Assembly (NCBI GenBank): GCA_965221125.1
Contig: CBDCRW010000005.1
Span: 288,001 to 352,000 of the forward strand
Source of the DNA: Alphaproteobacteria bacterium
GTDB lineage: Bacteria > Pseudomonadota > Alphaproteobacteria > UBA828
Reading direction: 5' to 3'
DNA: 64,000 nucleotides
Below are positions 25,065 to 33,937 of the stretch, piece after piece (the first letter of the stretch is position 1; each line of letters opens with the position of its first letter). The translations under genes were made by a program, and so were the position numbers. The notes under the pieces were generated by a model that saw nothing but the letters and a program-made list of their open reading frames with translations, had not been told where the DNA came from and made no database searches.

Positions 25065-28000
25065 CAGAGCGCCTCCTGCCTGCCGTCGCGGAGCGCTGCG
25101 AGGAGCGCGTGCGCGTGGTTCGCGCGCGGCCGCCAGAGGCTCCGTTCCTGCGCCTCCAGCAGCCGCGCGGCAAGCTCGCGCAGGGCCGCCGGGTTCGCGT
25201 CCGCCATGAACGCCCGCACGTCGTCGTCCGCCACGTAGGCATCGAACACGGCGTCGAAGTGGTGGTCCTTCACCGCGCCGGTGGTGGCGGCGAAGGCGAA
25301 GAGGTAGTCCACCGTCGCCGCGATCTCGAAGGCGCCCTTGTAGCCGTGGCGCATGACGCCGGCGATCCACTTCGGGTTGGTCACGCGGGCGCGGACCACG
25401 CGGCCGAGCTCGTCGGCAAGGGTGCGGATGCGGGGGTTGTCGGGCACCGAGTGGTCGTTGTGATAGAGCGCGGGCGCGCGGCCGGCGTGGACCGTGACCG
25501 CCGCCGCGAGTCCGCCCTCGAACTGGTAGTAGTCGTCGCTGTCCAAGAGGTCGTGCTCGCGGTTGTCCTGGTTCTGCACCACGGCCTCGACCGCGCCGAG
25601 GCGGCGCTCGAAGAGCGCGTGCTCGGCAGCGCCGCCTTCGCCCGCGCCATAGGCCCAGCCGCCCCAGGCGACGTAGGCGGCGGCGAAGTCGCCCGCATCG
25701 GCCCAGCCGCGCTCGTCGATCAATGCCTGCAGGCCGGCCCCGTAGGCGCCGGGCTTCGAGCCGAAGACCCGGTAGGAGGCCATGCGCCGCGCGCGGGTCT
25801 CGGAGGTGCCGTTGCCGGCGAGCGCCCGCGCGTCGGCGGCGACCTTGGCGGCCAGCGGGTTGTCGTCCGGGTCTTCGTCGAGCGCCGCGACCGCGCGCAC
25901 GGCGGAATCGAAGAGGTCGATCAGGCCGGGGAAAGCGTCGCGGAAGAAGCCGGAGACGCGGAGCGTCACGTCCACGCGCGGCCGATCGAGCAGGTCGAGC
26001 GGCATGATCTCGAAGCCGGTGACGCGCCCGGACGGCCCCTCCCAGCGCGGGCGGGCGCCGATGAGCGCCAAGGCCTGGGCGATGTCGTCCCCGCCCGTGC
26101 GCATGTTGGAGGTGCCCCAGGCGCTGAGCGCCATCGCGCGCGGCCAGTCGCCGTGGGTCTGGGCGTAGTGCTCCACCAGGAGCTGGGCCGAGGCCCAGCC
26201 GAGCTGCCACGCCGCGGCGGTCGGCACCTGGCGCGTGTCCACCGAGTAGAAGTTGCGGCCCGTGGGCAGCACGTCCGCGCGGCCCCGCGTGGGCGCGCCG
26301 GCGGCGCCCGGTGCGACGAAGCGGCCGTCGAGCGCCGCGAGCAGGCCGGCGGTCTCGGCGTCCGCGCTTGCGTCCAGCGCCGGGCCGATGGTCTCCGCCA
26401 CCTCGCGCAGCACGGCGGCGCTGGCGGCCCACTCGGCGGGCAGGCGATAGGTGCCGGCGATCAGGCTGGCGGCAAGGGTCTCCAGCCGCTCCACCGTGTC
26501 GCCGGTGCTGCGCCAGGCGGCACCGTTGGCGAGCGCTTGCGGCCGCGGGCCCTGCCAGGGCTCGCCGAGCGGGGCGGAGAGCGGGTCGATGCCGAGGGCG
26601 AGGTCGTCCGCCAGCGCGCGGAGCAGCGAGGCCTCGCCGGCAGCAGGGCCGCGCACGCTGCGGGCGATGGCGCGCAGCAGCGCGGTGCGGCGTTCCGGCG
26701 CGGGCGCCTCGCCGAAGACGTGGAGGCCGTCGCGGATCTGCATCTCCTTGATTTCGCAGAGATAGCCGTCGAGCTTGCGGAGCGCGTCGTCGCTGCCGTC
26801 GCCGGCCTGGATGCCGCAATCCTCATCCAGCCCGGTGGACGCGGCAAGCTCCAGGATGCGCGCCGAGAGCGGCGCGCAGCGGCGGGGGTCGACCGAAGCG
26901 GCGTCGAAGAACTCGTCCACGAGGCGCTCCAGCTCCTCCAGCGCGCCGTGGCTGCCGGCGCGCGTGAGCGGCGGCGTCAGGTGGTCGACGATGACGGCCG
27001 CGCCCCGGCGCTTGGCCTGGCTGCCCTCGCCGGGGTCGTTCACGATGAAGGGGTAGACGTGGGGAAGCGGGCCGAGCGCGGCCTCCGGAAAGCAGTCGGC
27101 GGAGAGCGCCAGCGCCTTGCCCGGCAGCCATTCCACGTTGCCGTGCTTGCCGACGTGCACCACCGCGTGGGCGTCGAAGGACGTGCGCAGCCAGGCGTAG
27201 AGGGCGAGGTAGCCGTGCGGCGGCGGCAGGTCGGGGTCGTGGTAGCTCCTCTCGGGGTCGATGTTGTAGCCGCGCGCCGGCTGGATCGCGACGGCGACGT
27301 TGCCGAAGCGCGTAGCGGAGAGCGCGAAGCAGCCTTCGTCCGCGCGATAGAAGGGGTCCGCCTCGGGGACTCCCCATCGTTCCGCGACGGTGGTGCGGAC
27401 CGCCTCCGGCAGCGCGGCGAAGAAGCGTTCGTAGGCGGCAAGCGGGAGCGTGGCCTCGGCCGGTTTCGTGCGGCTGTCGGCGGCGTTGGTGGGGCCCGCG
27501 GTGAGCCGCGCCATCAGCGCCGCGCTGTCAGTCGGCGGGTTCTCCACGCGGTAGCCGGCGTTAGCGAGGGCCGCCATGATGCGCGCCGTGCTCGCGGGCG
27601 TATCGAGGCCGACGCCGTTGCCGATGCGCCCGTCGCGGTTGGGGTAGTTGGCGAGCACCAGGGCGATGCGGCGCTCCGCCGGGGCCGCGCGGGCGAGGCG
27701 CACCCAAGCTGCGGCGAGGGCTGCGACGAAGCGGCAGCGCTCCGCGTTCGCCTCCGACACCACGATGGGCGCCTGCGTCGCCTCGTCGAAGCGCGCCTCG
27801 GTCTTGAACGCGACCGCGCGGGTGAGGATACGCCCGTCGACCTCGGGCAGCGCCACGTTCATGGCGATGTCGCGGGGCGACAGCCCGCGCGTGGCCTCCG
27901 CCCACTGGCGCGCAGTGGCGCCCGCAAAAACCGCCTGCAGCACGGGTACGCGGGCTTGCGCGAACGGGGTTTCTTGCGGCGTGCCGGGGCGGGAGACGGC

Positions 28001-28804
28001 GAAGCCCGTGGCGTTCAGCACGATTTCGGGGCCGGTGGTGCGCATGAGCGCCGCGATCAGCTCCGCCGCCGGCTTGTCTCTCAGGCTGGTGACGAAGACG
28101 GGGAGCGGATCGAGGCCCGCGTCCCTGAGCGCCGCCACTAGCGCATCCACGGGCGCGAGCGATCCGCCCTGCAACAGCGCGCGGTAGAAGACCACGCACG
28201 CGCGTGGTGCGCCGGCGCGCCAGTGGCGGGCCAGCGCCTCCAGGTCGAGCACGCCCGCGCCCGGCCAGTAGAGGCCCGCGCGGGGCACCGGGCGCGGCGG
28301 CTCGCACGCGCCGCCCCGCCCGATCAGCAGGGCGGCGTGGCGGAGCGCGTGCTCGGCATTGTCGATGCCGCCGTGGGTGCAGTAGCGCCAGAGCGTCTCT
28401 GCCGCGTCGGCTGCGAGCGTGCTGCGGGCAGCGAGTCCTGCGTCCGGCTTGTCGTCGCCCGGCAGCCAGGCGATGGGGATCGCGCGCGCGGCGCAGACGG
28501 CGCTCAGCCGCTCGACACCGTAGGGCCAGTAGCTCTCGCCGCCGAGCAGGCGCACGATCACGAGGCGCGCGCCGCCGACCACCCGTTCGGCATAGCGATC
28601 GACCGAATGGTTATGGCCGAGCTGCATGAGGTTCGCGAGGCGGAGCGTCGGCGCGCCCGCACCGAGGCGGCCTTGCGCCTGGGCGAAGCAGGCGAGCTCG
28701 GTATCGGCGGCCGACAGCAGCACGATGTCGCCCGGCGACTGGCCGAGGTCCACGGCCTCCGCGCCGTCCTCGATGGCGCCGGGCTGGGCTGCGAGCAGGT
28801 GCAA
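25064..28804 (-). CDS. cobN: Cobaltochelatase subunit CobN
   Basis: [73 protein letters not shown]. Confidence 0.97.
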   Translation of the reverse strand: MHLLAAQPGAIEDGAEAVDLGQSPGDIVLLSAADTELACFAQAQGRLGAGAPTLRLANLMQLGHNHSVDRYAERVVGGARLVIVRLLGGESYWPYGVERLSAVCAARAIPIAWLPGDDKPDAGLAARSTLAADAAETLWRYCTHGGIDNAEHALRHAALLIGRGGACEPPRPVPRAGLYWPGAGVLDLEALARHWRAGAPRACVVFYRALLQGGSLAPVDALVAALRDAGLDPLPVFVTSLRDKPAAELIAALMRTTGPEIVLNATGFAVSRPGTPQETPFAQARVPVLQAVFAGATARQWAEATRGLSPRDIAMNVALPEVDGRILTRAVAFKTEARFDEATQAPIVVSEANAERCRFVAALAAAWVRLARAAPAERRIALVLANYPNRDGRIGNGVGLDTPASTARIMAALANAGYRVENPPTDSAALMARLTAGPTNAADSRTKPAEATLPLAAYERFFAALPEAVRTTVAERWGVPEADPFYRADEGCFALSATRFGNVAVAIQPARGYNIDPERSYHDPDLPPPHGYLALYAWLRTSFDAHAVVHVGKHGNVEWLPGKALALSADCFPEAALGPLPHVYPFIVNDPGEGSQAKRRGAAVIVDHLTPPLTRAGSHGALEELERLVDEFFDAASVDPRRCAPLSARILELAASTGLDEDCGIQAGDGSDDALRKLDGYLCEIKEMQIRDGLHVFGEAPAPERRTALLRAIARSVRGPAAGEASLLRALADDLALGIDPLSAPLGEPWQGPRPQALANGAAWRSTGDTVERLETLAASLIAGTYRLPAEWAASAAVLREVAETIGPALDASADAETAGLLAALDGRFVAPGAAGAPTRGRADVLPTGRNFYSVDTRQVPTAAAWQLGWASAQLLVEHYAQTHGDWPRAMALSAWGTSNMRTGGDDIAQALALIGARPRWEGPSGRVTGFEIMPLDLLDRPRVDVTLRVSGFFRDAFPGLIDLFDSAVRAVAALDEDPDDNPLAAKVAADARALAGNGTSETRARRMASYRVFGSKPGAYGAGLQALIDERGWADAGDFAAAYVAWGGWAYGAGEGGAAEHALFERRLGAVEAVVQNQDNREHDLLDSDDYYQFEGGLAAAVTVHAGRAPALYHNDHSVPDNPRIRTLADELGRVVRARVTNPKWIAGVMRHGYKGAFEIAATVDYLFAFAATTGAVKDHHFDAVFDAYVADDDVRAFMADANPAALRELAARLLEAQERSLWRPRANHAHALLAALRDGRQEAL

Positions 28805-28817
28805 GGCGCGGGCCTCC

Positions 28818-29852
28818 CTAGCCCCGGATCGCCGCTTCGACCGCCGCGCGGTCGAGGGGGGCCAGGCCGATCACCACGAGGCGGCTCTCCCGCGCCTCGC
28901 CCGCGCGCCAGTCGCGGTCAAAGTGGCGGTCGACGCGGCTGCCGACCGCCTGCACCACCAGCCGCCGGCGCTTGCCCGCCACGTCCAAGAAACCCTTGGC
29001 GCGGAGCACCCCGTGCGCGGCCGCGGCCCCGCTCAGCCGCTCCGCGAAGGCCGCCGGGTCGTCGACGGGCCCGGGCGCCATCACGAAGCTCTCGAACTCG
29101 TCGTGGTCGTGCTCTTCGTCGAGGCCGTCGTGGTGCGAGCGGCGGCTCGCGAGATCGTCCTCCGCCGCGGCGTCGAGGCCGAGCAGCAGGTCGGGCGGCA
29201 CGCGCCCGTGCGCCGCCCTGACGACGCGGGCGCCGGGGCGCAGGTGCGGCTCCATGCGGGCCGTGCCCTCCTGGGCGCCGTTCGCCGCCAGCAGGTCGGC
29301 CTTGTTGAGGATCACCATGTCGGCGCAGCCGATCTGGTCCTCGAACACCTCGGCGAGCGGGGATTCGTGGTCGAGCGCCTCGTCCGCCTCGCGCTGGGCC
29401 TGGAGCGCCTCTTCGTCCTCGGCGAAGCGGCCTTCCGCCAGCGCCGGGCCGTCCACCACGGCGACCACGCCGTCCACCGTCAGCCGGGTGCGGATCTCGG
29501 GCCAGTTGAAGGCGGCGACGAGCGGCTTCGGCAGCGCGAGGCCCGAGGTCTCGATCAGGATGTGCTCGGGCGCGGGCTCGCGGGCGAGCAGCGCCTCGAT
29601 CGCCGGCACGAAGTCGTCGGCCACGATGCAGCAGATGCAGCCGTTGGCGAGCTCGACGATATCGGCCTCGTCGCAGGCCGTATCGCCGCAGCCCTGCAGC
29701 ACCTCCCGGTCGATGCCGAGGTCGCCGAACTCGTTGATGATGAGCGCGATGCGCCTGCCGCCGGCTTCGCCCAGGGCGTGGCGGATGAGGCTGGTCTTGC
29801 CGGCGCCGAGGAAGCCGGTGATCACGGTCGCGGGGATTTTCTGGTCCTGCAT
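28818..29852 (-). CDS. cobW: Cobalamin biosynthesis GTPase/metallochaperone CobW
   Basis: TGFLGAGKT, INEFG, NGCICC, ETSGLALP, NKAD, His/Asp-rich linker, LRAKG. Confidence 0.95.
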   Translation of the reverse strand: MQDQKIPATVITGFLGAGKTSLIRHALGEAGGRRIALIINEFGDLGIDREVLQGCGDTACDEADIVELANGCICCIVADDFVPAIEALLAREPAPEHILIETSGLALPKPLVAAFNWPEIRTRLTVDGVVAVVDGPALAEGRFAEDEEALQAQREADEALDHESPLAEVFEDQIGCADMVILNKADLLAANGAQEGTARMEPHLRPGARVVRAAHGRVPPDLLLGLDAAAEDDLASRRSHHDGLDEEHDHDEFESFVMAPGPVDDPAAFAERLSGAAAAHGVLRAKGFLDVAGKRRRLVVQAVGSRVDRHFDRDWRAGEARESRLVVIGLAPLDRAAVEAAIRG

Positions 29853-29858
29853 CGTTCT

Positions 29859-30776
29859 TCACGTCTCCAGGCGGGCCCACCCGGTGCCCTCGTGGCCGAA
29901 GTCGAAGTGCGCCGGGTGGAGGATCTCGGCCAGGATTTCGGCGGACTCGACGAGCCGCGGCCCCGGCCGGTTGAAGTAGGCATTGCCGTCGGTGGCGTAG
30001 ATCTCGCCGGCGCGGACGGCGCGCAGTTCCGCCCAGGCCGTATCGGCGAGCAGCGCGCGGCCGTCGTCTGCGGTGCGGGGCAGGTCGTAGCCGCAGGGCA
30101 TGAGCACGATCACGTCGGGATCGGCCGCGGCCACCGCGTCCGCGCTGACGACCGGCGCATGGCGGCCCTCGGCGCCGAGCGTGTCGATGCCGCCCGCGAG
30201 CGCCACGATCTCCGGCACCCAGTTGCCGGCGCTCATGGGCGGGTCGGTCCACTCGACGGTGACGATGCGCTTCGGTGGAAGACTCCGCGCCCGCTCGGCG
30301 ATGACGGCGATGCGGGCGCGGAGGCCATCGCAGACCGGCCCCACATCGACGCCGAGGGCATCGCCCACGCGCGCGATGTCGCCCCAGACGTCGCCAAGGC
30401 GCATGGGCGCGAGGGAGACGATCTCCACCGGCGCCTCCAGGAATTCCGCCGCCGCCGCCCGCACCTCGCCGAGCCCCACCGCGCAGACGTCGCACTGGTC
30501 CTGCGTGACGATGTGGGTGGGCCGCGCTGCGCGCAGGATGTCGGTATCGAGGTCGTAGAGGCTGAGCGCTGCGGCGAGCAGCGCGCCCACCTCCTCGTGG
30601 ATCGCGCCGCTCGGCTTGCTCGCGTCGATGCGGGCGCGGGTGCACGCCGGCGCGCGGGCGACCTGCGCCGGCCAGTCGCACTCGTGGCTGCGGGCGACGA
30701 TGTTCTCCGCGTGGCCGAGGGCGGCGACGATCTCCGTCGCGCTCGGCACCAGCGAGGCGATGCGGGGCGCGCTCAC
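29859..30776 (-). CDS. BtuF-like (helical-backbone) corrinoid/metal-binding protein without signal peptide
   Basis: RIASLVPSATE, SHECDWP, TQDQCDVCAV, GNWVPE, DPDVI, PCG, NRPGPRL. GTG start overlaps the cobU stop. Confidence 0.8.
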   Translation of the reverse strand: MSAPRIASLVPSATEIVAALGHAENIVARSHECDWPAQVARAPACTRARIDASKPSGAIHEEVGALLAAALSLYDLDTDILRAARPTHIVTQDQCDVCAVGLGEVRAAAAEFLEAPVEIVSLAPMRLGDVWGDIARVGDALGVDVGPVCDGLRARIAVIAERARSLPPKRIVTVEWTDPPMSAGNWVPEIVALAGGIDTLGAEGRHAPVVSADAVAAADPDVIVLMPCGYDLPRTADDGRALLADTAWAELRAVRAGEIYATDGNAYFNRPGPRLVESAEILAEILHPAHFDFGHEGTGWARLET

Positions 30777-31312
30777 GGCTTCAGCACGAGCGGCAGGCCG
30801 GACGCGACGAAAACGACGCGCCCGGCGGCCTGGGCCACGGCCTGGTTGAGGCGCCCGGCATGGTCGCGGAAGGCGCGCGCAGTGGCGTTCTCCGGCACGA
30901 TGCCGAGGCCGACCTCGTTGGCGACCAGCACCGTCCGCCCCTCCAGCCGGGCGAGGCAGGCGGTGAGGCGCTGGGTCTCGGCGGCGATGTCGCGGCCGGC
31001 GTCCATCAAGTTGCTGAGCCAGAGGGTGAGGCAATCGACCAGCAGGGCGGCGCCGGGGCGGCTCTCGGCCTCCAGCGTCTCGGCGAGCGCGAGCGGGGCT
31101 TCCACCGTGCGCCAGCCGGGGCCGCGCCGCGCGCGGTGGGCGGCGATGCGGGCTTCCATCTCGGCGTCGCGGGCTTCGGCGGTCGCGATGTAGAGCCGCG
31201 CGCCGGCGTGGCACGCCAGCAGCGCCTCCGCATGGGCGCTCTTGCCCGAGCGGGCGCCGCCGAGAACGAGGGTGATGCGCGCCGGATCCGGCGCCTGGTC
31301 GAGACCCGCCAT
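30773..31312 (-). CDS. cobU: Bifunctional adenosylcobinamide kinase / adenosylcobinamide-phosphate guanylyltransferase (CobP/CobU)
   Basis: GGARSGKS, YIATA, RIAAHR, DCLTLWLSN, NEVGLGIVP, FRDHAG. Confidence 0.96.
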   Translation of the reverse strand: MAGLDQAPDPARITLVLGGARSGKSAHAEALLACHAGARLYIATAEARDAEMEARIAAHRARRGPGWRTVEAPLALAETLEAESRPGAALLVDCLTLWLSNLMDAGRDIAAETQRLTACLARLEGRTVLVANEVGLGIVPENATARAFRDHAGRLNQAVAQAAGRVVFVASGLPLVLKP

Positions 31313-31339
31313 GATCCTCCCTCCGAGGACGTTGCAGCC

Positions 31340-31535
31340 CTGTCGCGCAGCCGGTCTCCTGGCTCGGGGTCGTCGACGGGGCCCGGCCTTCCCGACCCTT
31401 GCGGATCAGTGGCCTGCGCGGTGCGCGAACGGGCCCGTCTCGCCGCTTACAGTTGCGGGGGCAGCGCCGGACTGGCCCGTGCCTCGGCCGAGGCGGGCGT
31501 CACCGGCTTCCCACGCTGCGTGACGGGGCCACGCT
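31340..31535 (-). promoter_or_regulatory. Cobalamin (AdoCbl) riboswitch; ends approximate
   Basis: Minus strand has GGGAAGCCGGTG, CCGGCGCTGCCCCCGCAACTGTAAG, GCCACTG...GGGAAGG and B12-box GAGCCAGGAGACC, upstream of cobU. TCCTCGGAGGGAGGA can sequester the RBS. Confidence 0.93.
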
Positions 31536-31684
31536 ACCCCAGGCGGGCGCGAAACGCTACTGCGCGCGGGCCCGTCTCGGAAGGGTCATCGAACCGTCAC
31601 ACGAATGGGGCAGTCTTGGCGCCGTGTGGCGCAGGCTGCGTGCCCTCTGCGCGCGGCGTCCTGCCCAGGGCCACGGGGGAAGAC

Positions 31685-32182
31685 ATGGCCGACCGGGTCT
31701 ACAACGTCCTGTTTCTCTGCACCGGCAACTCTGCCCGCTCGATCCTGGGCGAGGCGATCCTGAACCGGGTGGGCCGGGGGCGCTTCAAGGCCTGCTCCGC
31801 CGGCTCGCGGCCTGCGGGCCGGGTGCACCCCTACACGCTCGACCTGCTCGCGACCCTGAACTACGGGACCGGGTGGGCGCGGTCCAAGAGCTGGGATGAG
31901 TTCGCGGGCCCGGACGCGGCGCACCTGGATTTCGTCTTCACGGTCTGCGACAACGCCGCCGCCGAGGTCTGCCCCGCCTGGCCGGGCCAGCCCATGAGCG
32001 CCCACTGGGGCGTGCCCGACCCTGCCGAGGCCGCCGGCACGGATGCGGAGATCCGCTACGCGTTCTCCGAGGCCCACCGCATGCTCCACGCGCGCATCTC
32101 GATCTTCACCAGCCTGCCGCTCGCCAGCATCGGCCGGCTCGCGCTGCAGGAGCGCCTGGACGAGATCGGCAAGACGGCGTAG
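31685..32182 (+). CDS. arsC: Arsenate reductase ArsC (LMW-PTP family)
   Basis: NVLFLCTGNSARS, SAGS, RSKSWDEF, TVCD, CPAWPG, HWGVPDP. Confidence 0.88.
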   Translation: MADRVYNVLFLCTGNSARSILGEAILNRVGRGRFKACSAGSRPAGRVHPYTLDLLATLNYGTGWARSKSWDEFAGPDAAHLDFVFTVCDNAAAEVCPAWPGQPMSAHWGVPDPAEAAGTDAEIRYAFSEAHRMLHARISIFTSLPLASIGRLALQERLDEIGKTA

Positions 32183-32246
32183 CCGCCCCCTCCGCGCGCT
32201 GTCAGCTCGCTGGTTCCCGTCGCACTCGGTCCCGATTGAGGCAGGG

Positions 32247-32323
<77 letters not shown>

Positions 32324-32345
32324 TCTCGGCGGACCGCTGGCGCGC

Positions 32346-32374
32346 ACCATAGGCAAGCCGGGCGCCTGCGGCAA
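32346..32374 (-). promoter_or_regulatory. Sigma70-type promoter for tRNA-Arg
   Basis: TTGCCG-17 nt-TATGGT followed by GC-rich discriminator GCGCGCC. Confidence 0.6.
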
Positions 32375-32606
32375 TGGCCTGGGCAAGAGAGTCGATCCGG
32401 TCCGCGTGGGCCAGCGCCAACCCCCTCCTCACCCCAACCCTCTACTTGTTCATTTCCCTCAACGGCGGGCGCTCGCATCGCGCGCTTGCGCGCGTGGACG
32501 CGCGACGCTCGCTTGCCTACGCGCTTCGCGCGCGGCGCGCCCGCGCCGTCCGGGCCTACGGCCCGGGAGTGCTCGCGCGGTGTTTTTTGTTGCGCGCGGG
32601 ACTCTG

Positions 32607-32654
32607 CGGGCGCGACTCTTCTTTCGCGCTCGCGACCCTTCGGGCGCGAGCGAC
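32607..32654. repeat. REP-like hairpin repeat, copy A
   Basis: About 48 bp nearly identical to 33079-33127; core CGCTCGCG-ACCC-TTCG-GG-CGCGAGCG. Confidence 0.8.
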
Positions 32655-32890
32655 ACGCACCATGGTGCGGTGCACAGGGCGGGCGGGTGGAGGCAGGCTC
32701 TGCGGATGCAGCGCGCAGAGCATCGCCCGTCCCGGACAGTCGGGCCGGAACGGCCGGAAAAAGCCTCCTGATGGCCGGTCGCTCGTCCAGCGGGCTTCTG
32801 CCGCCCGCGATTCTGGCGCCGGTGCACGGGGAGGGAGAAGAGCGGCCCGATGGCTACGCCCCCAAGACGGGCCAGTTTGGACCGTCATGA

Positions 32891-32978
32891 GCCACCTTGT
32901 GCCACTTTGTGCCGCCCGTTTCGTGCCACCTTGTGCCACTTTGTGCCACCTTGTGCCGGCGTATGCCGGAATATGCCG
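32891..32978. repeat. 10-bp-period tandem repeat array (GCCACYTTGT)
   Basis: Five GCCACYTTGT units plus degenerate GCCGGCGTAT and GCCGGAATAT, with one interruption. Confidence 0.85.
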
Positions 32979-33022
32979 CTTTAAAGCCTTTGTCGCTCAC
33001 GGCAGCCGGCCGTCCTCTGAGT

Positions 33023-33127
33023 CCGCGCTCACGATCCTGCGGGTGTGGGCGATTCTGGATTCCGCGCTCGCGACCCTTCGGGCGCGACTCTATCTTTCGC
33101 GCTCGCGACTCTTCGGGCGCGAGCGAC
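33023..33127. repeat. REP-like hairpin repeat cluster (three tandem units, includes copy B)
   Basis: cgcgctcacgatcctgcggg, cgcgctcgcgacccttcgggcgcga, cgcgctcgcgactcttcgggcgcgagcgac. Confidence 0.75.
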
Positions 33128-33192
33128 GCCCTTGTCGGCGGGGCGGTGTTCGCTATTCTGCCGCCGGCTCAGGCAAAGGGAGGGCGCAAGCC

Positions 33193-33903
33193 ATGCCGTC
33201 GATGCTGGTCACCGGGGCGAGCAGAGGGCTCGGCCTCGAGATGGTGCGCCAATTCGTGGGCGACGGCTGGCGCATCTACGCCTGCTGCCGCACGCCGGAG
33301 ACGGCGGACGACCTCGCCGCGCTCGCCGCCGATTCGGGCGGCCTCATCACGCTGCACACGCTCGACGTGAGCAAGCCGGATCAGGTCCGGGCGCTCGCGG
33401 ACGAGTTTCGCGGCACGCCCATCGACATGCTGGTGAACAACGCCGGCCTGCTCGGCTGCACCATCGACCAGATGGGGCCGGCCGCCTTCGGCAGCATCGA
33501 CTACGAGGCCTGGGCCAAGGTGCACGAGATCAACACCATGGCGCCGCTCCGCGTCACCGAGGCGTTCGTGGACCACGTGGCGGCGAGCGACCTGAAGCTG
33601 CTCTTCTTCATGTCCACCCACATGGGCTGCATCACGGAGCTTGCCGACGGCGGGCTCTATCCCTACCGCTCCAGCAAGGCGGCGCTGAACCTGCTGGTGA
33701 AGGGGCTCTCCATCGACTTGGCACCACGGGGCGTGCGCACCATCGCGGTCCACCCCGGCTGGGTGGTGACCGACATGGGCGGGCCGGACGCGCCGGTCAA
33801 CAAGGTGGACAGCATCGCCGGCATCCGCAGCGTGGTGGCGAACTACGGCGCGGAGCAGACCGGGTGCTTCTACCAGTACGACGGCAGGGAGCTGCCCTGG
33901 TAG
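33193..33903 (+). CDS. Short-chain dehydrogenase/reductase (CsgA/C-factor-like)
   Basis: TGASRGLG, NNAG, YRSSK, HPGWVVTDMGG. Confidence 0.9.
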   Translation: MPSMLVTGASRGLGLEMVRQFVGDGWRIYACCRTPETADDLAALAADSGGLITLHTLDVSKPDQVRALADEFRGTPIDMLVNNAGLLGCTIDQMGPAAFGSIDYEAWAKVHEINTMAPLRVTEAFVDHVAASDLKLLFFMSTHMGCITELADGGLYPYRSSKAALNLLVKGLSIDLAPRGVRTIAVHPGWVVTDMGGPDAPVNKVDSIAGIRSVVANYGAEQTGCFYQYDGRELPW

Positions 33904-33937
33904 CCGCCGGCCCGCGAGAGACGAGGGAGTATGAGCA

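Noticed and set aside
22945-26819. Apparent long fusions for cobQ, cobO, cobI, cobM and ppk1 in the ORF track
   Set aside because: Upstream extensions overlap neighbouring genes in other frames; the real starts are at coupled stop/start junctions.
31685-32182. arsC as part of an arsenic-resistance island or the cob pathway
   Set aside because: No arsR, acr3 or arsH adjacent, and it is divergent from the riboswitch operon; stand-alone copies are common.
32418-32460. C-rich tract, possible G-quadruplex on the minus strand
   Set aside because: Irregular G-runs that are unremarkable in a genome this GC-rich.
33023-33127. Possible mini CRISPR array
   Set aside because: Intervening segments are only about 10 nt, repeats are degenerate, and there are no cas genes.
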